DNA of 64,000 bases from NCBI GenBank assembly GCA_013336275.1, contig JAAXUA010000004.1, positions 47,460 to 111,459 of the forward strand. Reading direction: 5' to 3'. This DNA comes from Candidatus Falkowbacteria bacterium (lineage in GTDB: Bacteria > Patescibacteriota > Patescibacteriia > Patescibacteriales > GWE2-39-37). Shown in pieces: positions 9,863 through 20,826 of the stretch. Both the position numbers and the translations under genes were made by a program. Below the pieces are notes generated by a model. It was not told the DNA's origin and searched no databases. It was given only the letters and a program-made list of their open reading frames with translations. The number at the start of each line of letters is the position of its first letter. Positions within the stretch are counted from its first letter, which is position 1.

Positions 9863-9893
9863 AATATTCGCTTATTTTGCTTAATATATGGAC

Positions 9894-11000
9894 TTAATAA
9901 CTTATTCTAGACCGGATTACGATGCTTTGCAAGACCCCGACCATCATCAGGTTCATAATGATCGAACTGCCGCCATAGCTCAAAAAGGGCAAAGCGATGC
10001 CGATGACCGGCAAAACGCCGAGATTCATGCCGATATTGACGAACATCTCGATAAAAATAAGGGTCAAAACGCCGAGAGTGAAGAAGACGCCGAAGTCATT
10101 CTTGGCTTGGCGCACGCTGGCCAGGCAGCGGTAAAAGAAGACGCCGAAAAATAACAGCACCAGCCCCACGCCGAGAAACCCCAGCTCCTCGGCCACGACG
10201 GCGAAAATGAAGTCGGTCTGGCTTTCGGGCAAGAATTTGAGCTGGGACTGGGAGCCGAAGCCGATGCCGCGGCCGGTCAAGCCGCCAGAGCCGACAGCGA
10301 TGATGGCTTGGGCGACGTTATACCCCTGGTCCAGCGGATTGAATGAAGGATTAAGGAAGGTCATGATACGCTCCTTCTGGTACGGCTTGAAATAGAACGA
10401 CCAGGCAGCGCCAAACATTACCGCCACCACCAGGAATAGGGTTATCAGATACTTCTTTTCCGAACCGGCCAGGATGATGATCGATAACCACAAGGCAAAA
10501 AGAAGCAGCCCCGAACCGAAGTCCGGCTGCAAGAGCACTAAGACGAAAAACAACAAGGTTCCGAGACCAGTGACAACCAGATGCTTGACCGGTGCGACTT
10601 TCAAGGAAGACGCTGAAAAATAGCGGGCCAGAAACAGGATCAGGACAAATTTGATGAACTCCACCGGTTGGACGCCGAAACCGAAGATATCGAACCAGCC
10701 GCGGGTGCCGTTGATGACTTTTCCGAAAACCAGCACCGCCACCAAAGCGATGACGCCGATCAAATAAAAATAATTACCGAAACTCCTAAGCCAATGATAA
10801 TCCAGAAAAGCCAGGGCGAACATCAGGACAAAGCCGATGATTATGAAAAGAATCTGCTTCTTGAAATTAAGCAAATCAGCGCCACCCCTTCCCAGAGCGA
10901 CGCTATATATTTCGACTAAGCCGATAGCTAATAATAGCAGCACCGAGGCCACCATTATCCAATCCATATTTTTGAGGTAAAGCAGTACCCGTCGCATCAT
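9894..11000 (-). CDS. FtsW/RodA/SpoVE (SEDS) family peptidoglycan polymerase
   Basis: 368-aa polytopic membrane ORF with the SEDS-like motifs QPVEFIKF, ESQTDFIFAVVAEELGF and LPFLSYGGSS. Confidence 0.85.
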   Translation of the reverse strand: MMRRVLLYLKNMDWIMVASVLLLLAIGLVEIYSVALGRGGADLLNFKKQILFIIIGFVLMFALAFLDYHWLRSFGNYFYLIGVIALVAVLVFGKVINGTRGWFDIFGFGVQPVEFIKFVLILFLARYFSASSLKVAPVKHLVVTGLGTLLFFVLVLLQPDFGSGLLLFALWLSIIILAGSEKKYLITLFLVVAVMFGAAWSFYFKPYQKERIMTFLNPSFNPLDQGYNVAQAIIAVGSGGLTGRGIGFGSQSQLKFLPESQTDFIFAVVAEELGFLGVGLVLLFFGVFFYRCLASVRQAKNDFGVFFTLGVLTLIFIEMFVNIGMNLGVLPVIGIALPFLSYGGSSIIMNLMMVGVLQSIVIRSRISY

Positions 11001-11039
11001 AAGAGTTCTTAGAGCTTATCAGATAGGCTCTCGAACATT

Positions 11040-11999
11040 CTACTGCTCAACCGGGTGAGTTGGCAAGCTTTCCGCACTATTGAACTTGAGGAAATTGCCG
11101 GAGTCCAGAATATTCACGTTAGGCACGATTTCGATGTTGTCAGCCCGATTGAACTGGCCAAGGAAGTTGGCTGCTACTTCCTTCTTCTCATCCGACTGGA
11201 AATTATCGACACTGAACTGGTTGACGCCGATTAGCGACTGCCCGACATAGATGAAGGCGTCGAAATTGACCCGCAGATAATTATAAGAGCTGCGATTGAT
11301 TGCCACGAACGATAACTGGCTCAAACTGAGCTTTTCCGAAAGGCCGCTGGTGCGGGCCGGGGTGAACTTCTTGTCCGTAATCTCGAAATTGAGGAATTTC
11401 GCCTTGAAAGCCGGCCAATCCGGGATGGTTTTCTTGCTGATGCGCTGCCAGCCGACATTGTCGATGACCAATTCAGCGCTAGCCGGACGCGGCGTGAACT
11501 CCTGTCCCAACTGCATGAGCCTTTTGCTTTCGCTAGGCAAGATAAACATGTCGGCTTTAGGCGTAGGCGTGCCATCGACAATGAAATGATATGTGATCAA
11601 GCCCCAGTGGCGCGGATTGACGTTTTCCACTTGGGCCACGAGATCGTATTTGCCATTGGCTGTCTCGAGCAGCTGAGTGGTGCCGGCAAGCAAATTCTTG
11701 GCGGAGATGCTGAGGATGTAATCGTGATCGACACCCTTGGTCGCCACGATCTGGTTAGCCAGCATGCGATCCTGATCGACTCCGATGACATAATAATAGC
11801 CGAAGCTAAACAAGGTATAGCCCCAAGATGCCAGACCGATAAACAAAAGGACGCCGGCCAACAGCTTGTACAGCTTGAATTTGTTTTCCGTGTACCACAA
11901 AGCGAATTCCAACTTCTTGATACTCAAGCCTTCCAAATCCTTATACTGGTCTGCTCTGGCCTGCTCTAACGGACCTTGAGGCGGATTTCCATTATTCAT
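11040..11999 (-). CDS. hypothetical membrane-anchored protein
   Basis: The ORF track gives 11040-12092. I prefer the ATG at 11999 (MNNGNPPQGP...). It has one clear TM helix (LLAGVLLFIGLASWGYTLF) and no recognisable domain. Confidence 0.6.
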   Translation of the reverse strand: MNNGNPPQGPLEQARADQYKDLEGLSIKKLEFALWYTENKFKLYKLLAGVLLFIGLASWGYTLFSFGYYYVIGVDQDRMLANQIVATKGVDHDYILSISAKNLLAGTTQLLETANGKYDLVAQVENVNPRHWGLITYHFIVDGTPTPKADMFILPSESKRLMQLGQEFTPRPASAELVIDNVGWQRISKKTIPDWPAFKAKFLNFEITDKKFTPARTSGLSEKLSLSQLSFVAINRSSYNYLRVNFDAFIYVGQSLIGVNQFSVDNFQSDEKKEVAANFLGQFNRADNIEIVPNVNILDSGNFLKFNSAESLPTHPVEQ

Positions 12000-12079
12000 A
12001 CTGAGATTGAATGATAAATATAGTTCAATTTTAGCACGAAAAGCGGGGCTTTGACAAATCAGAAATGGCAGGCAAAACC

Positions 12080-12108
12080 TTGCTAAAAACACCTATTTTT
12101 GCTACAAT
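12080..12108 (+). promoter_or_regulatory. promoter TTGCTA-N17-TACAAT with TGC extended -10, upstream of gyrB
   Basis: Hexamers at 12080-12085 and 12103-12108. Confidence 0.5.
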
Positions 12109-12160
12109 TATCACAGTATAAAGGGGTCACTTCTGCGGCTCCATTTTTGTGTTAAACTAG

Positions 12161-14194
<2,034 letters not shown>

Positions 14195-14197
14195 ACG

Positions 14198-14226
14198 AAA
14201 GACCGCTCGAAAAGAGCGGTTTTTTG
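14198..14226 (+). terminator. intrinsic terminator after gyrB (ACCGCTC/GAGCGGT followed by a T-run)
   Basis: Read from the sequence. Confidence 0.75.
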
Positions 14227-14307
14227 ATAGGTTGACCGAATCACCTAATTCACATAAGATGTTACGAAACCGTTCATTAGATATCTGACCCCAAGGAGGT
14301 GACCGCC

Positions 14308-14928
14308 ATGTTAGCCAAGATAAAGAGCATATTATCCGGGGCCCACGACAAGAAGAGATTTTTCAAAATCATCGCCACCCTCTACCCGACTCTCGACTGG
14401 CGCTACAAGCTGATCGAGAAAGCCTACAAGGATGCCAAAGACGCCTTCCGCTTGAAGAAGCGGGAAGACGGCCAGCGCTATTTCGAGCACTTGCGGTCTG
14501 TCGCTCTCATCGCCATCCTCTACCTCAGGACCCATGATTACAAGATCATCGTCGCCGCTCTGCTGCACGACATCGTCGAAGACGTGCCATCCTGGCCGAT
14601 CGAAAGGGTCAAAGCCGAGTACGGCGAAGAGATCGCGCTGTTGGTCGAATGGATGACCAAGCCCTCATCCGAGTTTCCGGACAAAGAAGAGTGCCACCTG
14701 GTCTACCATCGCCGCTTCATCCATGCACCGAGGGAATTCTTCCTCATCAAGATGGCTGACCGTCTCCACAACCTGCTCACGATGTGGGTCTGCACCGCCG
14801 AGAAACGCGCGCGCAAGATCGAGGAGACCCGCCGATTCTATCTCCCCTTCGCTGAGAAGCATTTCATCCTCATTCACGAATTGGAAGCAGCCATCGAAGA
14901 GCTCTTGTCCCAACCCGTCACCGAGTGA
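14308..14928 (+). CDS. HD-domain protein of the RelA/SpoT hydrolase type (putative small (p)ppGpp hydrolase)
   Basis: YFEHLRSVALI...AALLHDIVEDV HD motif. An AAGGAGG Shine-Dalgarno sits 9 nt before the ATG at 14308; the track starts at the GTG at 14299. Confidence 0.7.
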   Translation: MLAKIKSILSGAHDKKRFFKIIATLYPTLDWRYKLIEKAYKDAKDAFRLKKREDGQRYFEHLRSVALIAILYLRTHDYKIIVAALLHDIVEDVPSWPIERVKAEYGEEIALLVEWMTKPSSEFPDKEECHLVYHRRFIHAPREFFLIKMADRLHNLLTMWVCTAEKRARKIEETRRFYLPFAEKHFILIHELEAAIEELLSQPVTE

Positions 14929-14933
14929 CACGC

Positions 14934-14970
14934 AAAAGCCGCCCCGACATATTACCGGGGCGGCTTTTTT
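14934..14970. terminator. bidirectional terminator (10-bp stem AGCCGCCCCG/CGGGGCGGCT)
   Basis: Read from the sequence, between convergent genes. Confidence 0.8.
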
Positions 14971-14983
14971 CCTTATTTTGAGA

Positions 14984-15271
14984 TTATTTCTTTTTCTTCT
15001 CCTTGACTACCACGATCGTGCACTCGGTCAACAGGGCGGCCAGAGCGCCGACGGCTGCCAAGACCGGGGCTAAGAGCACACCGACTGCACCGACGGTCAG
15101 GGGAATCTCCATGATTGACTTACCCTTCTCATCCTTGATGATGACCTTGCGGGCATTGCCCTCTTTGATAAGCTCCTTGACCTTCTTGACCAGCTTCTCG
15201 CCGGAAACTTTGAATTCCCTGGTGAATTCCTCTTCGGAAAACTTCTCCTTGTTTTGTTTAGCGCTAGGCAT
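14984..15271 (-). CDS. small membrane-associated protein, DUF4342-like
   Basis: 95-aa ORF. The pattern VSGEKLVKKVKELIKEGNARKVIIKDEKGKSIMEIPLTVG followed by a hydrophobic helix matches my memory of DUF4342. No search was run. Confidence 0.55.
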   Translation of the reverse strand: MPSAKQNKEKFSEEEFTREFKVSGEKLVKKVKELIKEGNARKVIIKDEKGKSIMEIPLTVGAVGVLLAPVLAAVGALAALLTECTIVVVKEKKKK

Positions 15272-15310
15272 ATGGTTGTGATTACTGCTAAATATTTTAA
15301 ATCGCAGCTA

Positions 15311-15883
15311 TCAGATGGCTCCCCGCTCTTTTAAAACGAAGAATGAGCGGGCGCAAGCTTCGACATCGGCCAAGGCATTGTGGGCGCCGTCAAAATCCTC
15401 ATTAAAGAGGCAACGGTGCAGTTCGGTCAGGCTAGGCGCCTTGAAACCGCCGTACAGGCTGGGCAACTGGCAGACGCTCGCTCCTGCTTTCATCGTATCA
15501 AGCTGCGCCATATCGAGCGGCGAGGTCGGCAAGCCGAGACGGAGCAATTCGGCGCCGACGATCTTCAGGTCGAAGGCGATGTTGTGCGCCACCAGAAATC
15601 TGGCCTCGGCGGTGGCGCGACTGAAGTCGATCAACGCCTGCTCGAGCTCGCGACCCTCGTTCCAGGCCCGCTCGGTCGAGATGCCGTGGATCTTGAATGC
15701 CGCCTCAGGAATGGTGAATCCGCTCGGCCGGATAAGATAGTTATGGCTATTCAAAAGGTTGCCTTGCTCGTCGTAATGCTGCCAGGCCAGCTGGACCATG
15801 CGCGGCCAATTGTCAGAGTCGGTGATCGGCGCTTTCCAATTCTTGGGCAAGCCAGTCGTCTCGGTGTCAAAAAATATGTACAT
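15311..15883 (-). CDS. DnaQ/DEDD-family 3'-5' exonuclease
   Basis: 190-aa ORF with the ExoI motif FFDTETTGLP, ExoII HNIAFD and ExoIII HNALADVEA. Confidence 0.85.
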   Translation of the reverse strand: MYIFFDTETTGLPKNWKAPITDSDNWPRMVQLAWQHYDEQGNLLNSHNYLIRPSGFTIPEAAFKIHGISTERAWNEGRELEQALIDFSRATAEARFLVAHNIAFDLKIVGAELLRLGLPTSPLDMAQLDTMKAGASVCQLPSLYGGFKAPSLTELHRCLFNEDFDGAHNALADVEACARSFFVLKERGAI

Positions 15884-16351
15884 TCAGTTTAGTTCTTCGA
15901 TCTTATATGATTCGATATTATTTCCTTCGTAGTCGAAATGGAATTCTCCGCGGATCCTTTTGCCCTCAAGTACTGGCGGCAGCCAGTGGATGTCGTCTGC
16001 CCACATCTGGGCATACGGGATGTCCTCAAGCTTGAACCACTGGGGACGCATCTCCTCGGTCTCTCCCGGCGTTCCGGTCCAAGAACGCAATGCATAGATA
16101 TGCACTTCCTGATCCCATTCCGGACGTCCCTTGAAACGGAAAATGCTAGATGCCACCTTAGTCAGATCCTCCGGCCTGGCCTTGAGCCCGACCTCCTCTT
16201 CCAATTCTCGGATGGCCGTCACTTCCGGCGCTTCTCCCGGTTCGACCTTGCCCCCTGGGCCGTTCCATTTTCCCGCCCCGAAACCCCGCTTTTTCATAGC
16301 CAGCAATATTTCGTCCTGGCGGAACAATAAGCACAAGGTTGCCTGTTTCAT
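15884..16351 (-). CDS. NUDIX hydrolase (MutT-like)
   Basis: Nudix box GGKVEPGEAPEVTAIRELEEEVGL. Its stop abuts the start of the exonuclease gene. Confidence 0.85.
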   Translation of the reverse strand: MKQATLCLLFRQDEILLAMKKRGFGAGKWNGPGGKVEPGEAPEVTAIRELEEEVGLKARPEDLTKVASSIFRFKGRPEWDQEVHIYALRSWTGTPGETEEMRPQWFKLEDIPYAQMWADDIHWLPPVLEGKRIRGEFHFDYEGNNIESYKIEELN

Positions 16352-16457
16352 AGCCTTAATTGTACCTTTTTACCGTCAGCAAGTCCAGAAAAGGCCTCCT
16401 CAACGCAAAGGCGCTCGTTCAAGCGCCTTGCACTGCGGCCTGGGCTGATTTCCCGTC

Positions 16458-16640
16458 CTATTTAATCATCTCATCCATCTTCTGCTCCATTGCCTTCATA
16501 TCTTCCTCCGAACCGCCAAGAACTTCCGGATGCGCCATCTGGGCGTGATCCATCATCTCTTTTTTGACCTCGTCTTTAGTCTGGCCGTGGGCGACGAAAT
16601 GGCAATCCATGCCCATGTCCTGGCATTTTAGCGACATCAT
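16458..16640 (-). CDS. DUF1059-like small metal-binding protein
   Basis: MMSLKCQDMGMDCHFVAHGQTKDEV pattern. I prefer the ATG at 16640 because the GAGGGGG Shine-Dalgarno overlaps the track's GTG start. Confidence 0.55.
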   Translation of the reverse strand: MMSLKCQDMGMDCHFVAHGQTKDEVKKEMMDHAQMAHPEVLGGSEEDMKAMEQKMDEMIK

Positions 16641-16763
16641 ATTTACCACCCCCTCTCTTTATTTATATCTATATTTCATCATTCCGCGTCGAGATTAATT
16701 TAAGGTTAAGAAAAGGCGCCCCCAGTGATATGCTGGGAGCGCCTAAAAACGATTCGCTTCTCC

Positions 16764-17171
16764 TTACTCTTTCGGAGTGACGGTGACCTTGAGCAGGAAA
16801 TGATCCTTTTCGATTCCCTCGAGCAGCTGGTCGCATCCGAGGGCGATGTCGGCGAGCTGAATCCGCTCGTGCTCGAGGGTTCCGTCTTCGGCCGGTTCGT
16901 TGATCGACACGAAGCCGATCTTCGTTTTTCCGGTCGAGGTGAAAACCTCCAAGTACCGCGGGCGGGCGTTTACGTGCCTGCTCGGTTCCGCCTCCAGCTT
17001 CTTGCGTGACGGATAGTAGCAGGCACGTCCGTAGATAACGACGATCTTGACCGCATCCATCCTGAGCAGCTCGCGCAGAAGTTTCAACCGTCTGATACGC
17101 CTTTCTGGCGGAAGTTCATTGAACTCCATCACTCGCCGCTCGATTTTCCGTTCTGCCGTGAATTTTGCCAC
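16764..17171 (-). CDS. hypothetical protein, downstream partner of NADAR-like gene 1
   Basis: AAGGAGG sits 6 nt upstream of the GTG at 17171; the track starts at the TTG at 17177. It begins 22 nt (TTG start) to 28 nt (GTG start) after the NADAR-like stop. No recognisable domain. Confidence 0.6.
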   Translation of the reverse strand: MAKFTAERKIERRVMEFNELPPERRIRRLKLLRELLRMDAVKIVVIYGRACYYPSRKKLEAEPSRHVNARPRYLEVFTSTGKTKIGFVSINEPAEDGTLEHERIQLADIALGCDQLLEGIEKDHFLLKVTVTPKE

Positions 17172-17199
17172 AAGCAACCTCCTTTTGGTTATTCCTCAA

Positions 17200-17871
17200 T
17201 CAGAACTGCAAGCTTCTTACGGTATCGACGATTTCTTTGACAGGGGGATCGGGCGGAAAGCCGTCCATCGACCCATGCGCCCGCCTGAGGTGGGCGACGA
17301 TCAGCAGCATGGCGGTTTCTTCGCCGTAAACCTTCGACACGGTCGCGTAGGCCTCGATGCCGTCGATCTCCACCAGCCTGGCAGCCTCATTCATCTCCTC
17401 GATCGACAATACCAGTTTTTCGTTGAGACGCTCCCTGATTTTCATCAGCCGGGAACAGAATTCCTCTTCCGTCAGCACGGTCTTGGCCGGATCGGCTTCG
17501 CCGATGCTGTGCCTTAGGACCTCATTGCCGGTCGCCAGCAAGGCGCGGACAAAATCGGTATTTTGGGACAGCGCCGCAAAAGCGCGATCCAACAGCTCCT
17601 GATATGCGGCAGAACTTCTCGGATACTCCTTGCCTTTCCACCACAAAGTCTGAGCGGATTGCCAGACCGGGTTCCTTTCGGTCCCGATCATTTTGGCTAC
17701 CCTGCCCTTGAACTGGCAGATGAGCACCTGAGTTTCAGGGTTCTCGAACTTGAAAGCCTGCAATAGCGCTTCCATGCAGCCGCATTCCACGCCATCGAAC
17801 AGGAAGGCGTATGCCCTGAAATTGGACAAATCGCCTGCCACACCTTTCATGTCGCCTCGGATATCAATCAT
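17200..17871 (-). CDS. NADAR (YbiA/DUF1768)-like domain protein with a ~70-aa C-terminal extension
   Basis: By-eye alignment to E. coli YbiA: GDLSNF..FDG...E..LQAFKF.., ..AKMIG..R and F..ALLATG..VL.H. It is a paralog of 20178-20780. Confidence 0.5.
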   Translation of the reverse strand: MIDIRGDMKGVAGDLSNFRAYAFLFDGVECGCMEALLQAFKFENPETQVLICQFKGRVAKMIGTERNPVWQSAQTLWWKGKEYPRSSAAYQELLDRAFAALSQNTDFVRALLATGNEVLRHSIGEADPAKTVLTEEEFCSRLMKIRERLNEKLVLSIEEMNEAARLVEIDGIEAYATVSKVYGEETAMLLIVAHLRRAHGSMDGFPPDPPVKEIVDTVRSLQF

Positions 17872-18013
17872 ATCTCCCTCCCTCCATCGAATTTGACAAC
17901 GAACAACGATTCACCAAAATAACATGATTATCCATATTTTTCAAGTCCGGCTAGGCCTTAATGCCATTTTAATGAGGCGGGACTATTCTGACATTAAGAA
18001 TTAAAACAACCCT

Positions 18014-18595
18014 ATGGACAAGCCTAAAATAAAGATAATACTGGCCAGCATCCGCGAAGAACGGGCGGGTGCCAAGGTCGCCGACTGGCTCATGGACATC
18101 GTCCGGCAAGATAGCCAGGCTGATTTCGAGTTGCTGGACCTGCGAGACTACCCACTGCCGATGTTCTCTGATGCCGTGCCTCCAAGTGCGCGCCAAGGTC
18201 CGCACCCAGATCCGACAGCCAGGCGCTGGCTCGAAAAGATCGATGACGGTGACGGCTTCATCGTCGTCACTCCGGAATATAATCATGGCTACCCGGCGGC
18301 ACTGAAGAACGCCTATGACTACGGCTACAAGGAGTGGAATGAAAAAGCTATCGGCTTCGTCGGTTATGGCGGAGCGGCTGGCGGCTCCCGGTCAGTCGAG
18401 CAGCAGCGGCTGGTAGCCGCTGAACTGCGGATGTACAGCGTCCGCGACCAAGTCCTGATTCCCTTCATCTGGTCCGCTTTCGATGATGACGGCCACCTGA
18501 AGAACGAAGATAATCACGCCAAGAATGCCAGGCTAGTCATCGACTCCGTCGTCAGCCTGGCAGGCAAGCTTAAAAAATCAAACTTAAACCACTAA
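18014..18595 (+). CDS. NAD(P)H-dependent FMN reductase family oxidoreductase
   Basis: 193-aa ORF with IVVTPEYNHGYPAALKNAYDY and a flavodoxin-like N-terminus ILASIREERAG. Confidence 0.8.
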   Translation: MDKPKIKIILASIREERAGAKVADWLMDIVRQDSQADFELLDLRDYPLPMFSDAVPPSARQGPHPDPTARRWLEKIDDGDGFIVVTPEYNHGYPAALKNAYDYGYKEWNEKAIGFVGYGGAAGGSRSVEQQRLVAAELRMYSVRDQVLIPFIWSAFDDDGHLKNEDNHAKNARLVIDSVVSLAGKLKKSNLNH

Positions 18596-18604
18596 ACTAA
18601 ACAT

Positions 18605-19000
18605 ATGAACAGAGTAACGCATTTCGAAGTCCAAGCCGACGACATCGAGCGGGCCAAGAAATTCTATGAAGAGGCTCTGGGTTGGAAAATAGAACAATGG
18701 ATGAAGAAGGAAGATGGCGGGATGGATTACTGGGGTCTCATGACAGGTAAGGAAGGCGAACGCGGTATCAACGGCGGGCTGTATGAGCGGCCCAAGGACG
18801 GCCCAGACAGATTCTATCTTTACGACTGCACCGTCGAAGTCGACGACTTGGATAAGGCAGTCGCTGACGTCAAGCGGGCTGGCGGCAGCATCACCAAGGA
18901 AAAGTCCGAGATGCCGGGTATCGGCTGGTTTGCCGGAGCCAAGGACACCGAAGGCAACCGCTTCGGCCTAATGCAACCGACCGCTGAATACAAGAAGTAA
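18605..19000 (+). CDS. VOC (glyoxalase/bleomycin-resistance) family protein
   Basis: 131-aa ORF with VTHFEVQADDIERAKKFYEEALGW and the C-terminal DTEGNRFGL motif. Confidence 0.8.
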   Translation: MNRVTHFEVQADDIERAKKFYEEALGWKIEQWMKKEDGGMDYWGLMTGKEGERGINGGLYERPKDGPDRFYLYDCTVEVDDLDKAVADVKRAGGSITKEKSEMPGIGWFAGAKDTEGNRFGLMQPTAEYKK

Positions 19001-19010
19001 CCGAGACAAT

Positions 19011-19040
19011 AAAAAGACGCGCCCTTCCGGGTGCGTCTTT
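19011..19040. terminator. bidirectional terminator (10-bp stem, TTCC loop)
   Basis: AGACGCGCCC/GGGTGCGTCT, between the VOC gene and a convergent small ORF. Confidence 0.8.
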
Positions 19041-19059
19041 GGTGCTATCAGAGTATCGA

Positions 19060-19182
19060 TTAGCGCTTTTTCCTTTTTGCAGCCTTTTCTTCAAGCATGA
19101 CTCGCTTTACTTCCAGGCGCTTGGCGGTCTTGTGCGGACTGCCGGTCTTTTTACTGCCCACTCCGGTGCTTCTTTTTGCCAT
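19060..19182 (-). CDS. candidate 40-aa highly basic small protein
   Basis: My own translation: MAKRSTGVGSKKTGSPHKTAKRLEVKRVMLEEKAAKRKKR. It is below the track's length cut-off, sits between a terminator and an AT-rich promoter region, and has no Shine-Dalgarno. Confidence 0.35.
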   Translation of the reverse strand: MAKRSTGVGSKKTGSPHKTAKRLEVKRVMLEEKAAKRKKR

Positions 19183-19253
19183 ATTCGTATATTTATTAAT
19201 AATACTAATATTACCGTGTTAAGCGTATTAAATCAACCCGGTAAAAAATATGC

Positions 19254-19282
19254 TTGACATTTTTTTCATATTGTGCTACAAT
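19254..19282 (+). promoter_or_regulatory. promoter TTGACA-N17-TACAAT with TGC extended -10, upstream of csp
   Basis: Hexamers at 19254-19259 and 19277-19282, giving a leader of about 90 nt as is usual for cold-shock genes. Confidence 0.6.
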
Positions 19283-19374
19283 ATATCTAAGTGAAAAAAA
19301 TATTTTAAAAAAGAGAATTCGTCGAGCTTTAAAAATGTTTGATTTACCATTTTACAAAGTAATGATATCACATC

Positions 19375-19572
19375 ATGAACGGAGTTATCAAAAAGAAGAC
19401 TGACAAAGGTTTCGGCTTCATCGCCATCGATGGCGAAAGCAAGGACCTGTTCTTCCACAGCAATTCCCTGGTCGGCGTCAGCTTTGACCAGATCAACGAG
19501 GGTGACCAGGTCACTTTCGAATCAGCGGAATCGCCGAAAGGTATGAACGCAGTCAACGTTAAGCTCGCTTAA
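19375..19572 (+). CDS. cold-shock protein (CspA family)
   Basis: 65-aa ORF with the RNP1 motif KGFGFI and the RNP2-like motif LFFHS. Confidence 0.9.
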   Translation: MNGVIKKKTDKGFGFIAIDGESKDLFFHSNSLVGVSFDQINEGDQVTFESAESPKGMNAVNVKLA

Positions 19573-19585
19573 CCTCGACTCATAT

Positions 19586-19618
19586 AAAACTCCCGGGCAA
19601 ATGCCCGGGAGTTTTTTT
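19586..19618 (+). terminator. intrinsic terminator after csp (ACTCCCGGGC/GCCCGGGAGT followed by T7)
   Basis: Read from the sequence. Confidence 0.85.
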
Positions 19619-19623
19619 ATTTG

Positions 19624-19646
19624 AAAAAAACCCACCGAAGCGGGTT
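19624..19646 (-). terminator. intrinsic terminator for the 19670-20071 gene (AACCCGC-TTCG-GTGGGTT followed by T7 on the minus strand)
   Basis: Read from the sequence. It contains one G-U pair that is valid only on the minus strand. Confidence 0.7.
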
Positions 19647-19669
19647 CCCCGTCAGTGGGTTGATTGGTT

Positions 19670-20071
19670 TCAATTAAAAGGAGACGGCACCACGCCCTCG
19701 CCGGTCAGCGACAGCAGTCCGGGGGACCACATGAACGCATCCGGTTGCCGGGACAAGGCCTCGAAATCTTCTTCGGCCAGAATCCTGATCGCCCGGCCTT
19801 CGTCGCCGATTTCGGCGTTAAAGGCGATCTTCTCAGACAGGTTCGCAAGCAGATTCAGCTCGAGCAGCTTGGCCTGCCGCTTGGGCAACAGTTCCCAGAC
19901 TTTCTTCAAGACCTCCAGATCGGTGCAGATGAACAGCTCGAGCCCTTCGCTGACCAAGGCCGGAAAAGTGCCCATCAGGCCGTGTTTCAGTATCAGCAGG
20001 TACCCGGGAATCGCTTCGTAGCCTTCAAGTCCCTGCTCTCTCGCTTCACCCATGGTTGTCGGTTTCTGCAT
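19670..20071 (-). CDS. hypothetical protein, downstream of NADAR-like gene 2
   Basis: 133-aa ORF with GGAG 8 nt upstream of the ATG. No recognisable domain. Confidence 0.6.
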   Translation of the reverse strand: MQKPTTMGEAREQGLEGYEAIPGYLLILKHGLMGTFPALVSEGLELFICTDLEVLKKVWELLPKRQAKLLELNLLANLSEKIAFNAEIGDEGRAIRILAEEDFEALSRQPDAFMWSPGLLSLTGEGVVPSPFN

Positions 20072-20177
20072 CTCGTATTCTCCTTATCGTTCAGGGTTGG
20101 ACTGCCATTGATCAGCTCAGAGACAAACGCTGATTTCGCGGTGGTTGTTATGATTTCATATCCTGTCATGCGCCACT

Positions 20178-20780
20178 TCAAGCCTTTCCGTGGCACACCC
20201 TCTCATGTTCCTGCGCCATTTCCGACTTGATGCGGTTTCCGCACGCCTCGCAGATGTAGCAGCAAGGAGCGAAATGCATCATCCCTGAATCTTTGTCGTG
20301 GCATGAACAGCCGCATTGATAAAGAAAAATAATGCTGCATCTCAGCTGCATCAGCCTGAAGCAGAATTCTTCCTCAGTCAGGATGTCTTCGTTCGGATCA
20401 GCTACGCCTATCGAGTGAGTCAGGACTTCAGTTCCCGTATCCCAGAGGGCCTTCCGGTAACTTTCATTCTGAATAAATAGAGCGGCATAGGCCCTGTCGA
20501 GCAATTCCTGATATTCCTGGCCGTGGCGATCATATGTTTTGCCGCGCCAGTTCAATTCGTGCTTGCCCTGCTTCCAGGTCTCAATTCGCTCAAGTCCGAA
20601 TCGCTTAGCCTCGATGCCGACCAGCTTGCACACCGACTCCTGCAGTGCCAGGTCGTCAGTCAGCAAAGACTGCAGAAAACCTTCCATCGAAGCGCACAAG
20701 ACGCCATCCAAGTAGAAGAAGTAGGCGGCGAAGTTGGTCAAGGCGCCAGCCGGGTAAGGCAATTTTGATTTGATCTCCAT
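20178..20780 (-). CDS. NADAR-like domain protein with a Cys-rich C-terminal tail
   Basis: Clear paralog of 17200-17871 (LTNFAAY..LDGV..SMEG; YQELLDRAYAAL; TGTEVLTHSIGVADP..ILTEEEFC). The tail is CGCSCHDKDSG..CCYICEACGN..CHG. Confidence 0.5.
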   Translation of the reverse strand: MEIKSKLPYPAGALTNFAAYFFYLDGVLCASMEGFLQSLLTDDLALQESVCKLVGIEAKRFGLERIETWKQGKHELNWRGKTYDRHGQEYQELLDRAYAALFIQNESYRKALWDTGTEVLTHSIGVADPNEDILTEEEFCFRLMQLRCSIIFLYQCGCSCHDKDSGMMHFAPCCYICEACGNRIKSEMAQEHERVCHGKA

Positions 20781-20826
20781 AAATCCTCCACTAAGGTCGG
20801 GATAAAAATCCGGTATTCATCTGCGC

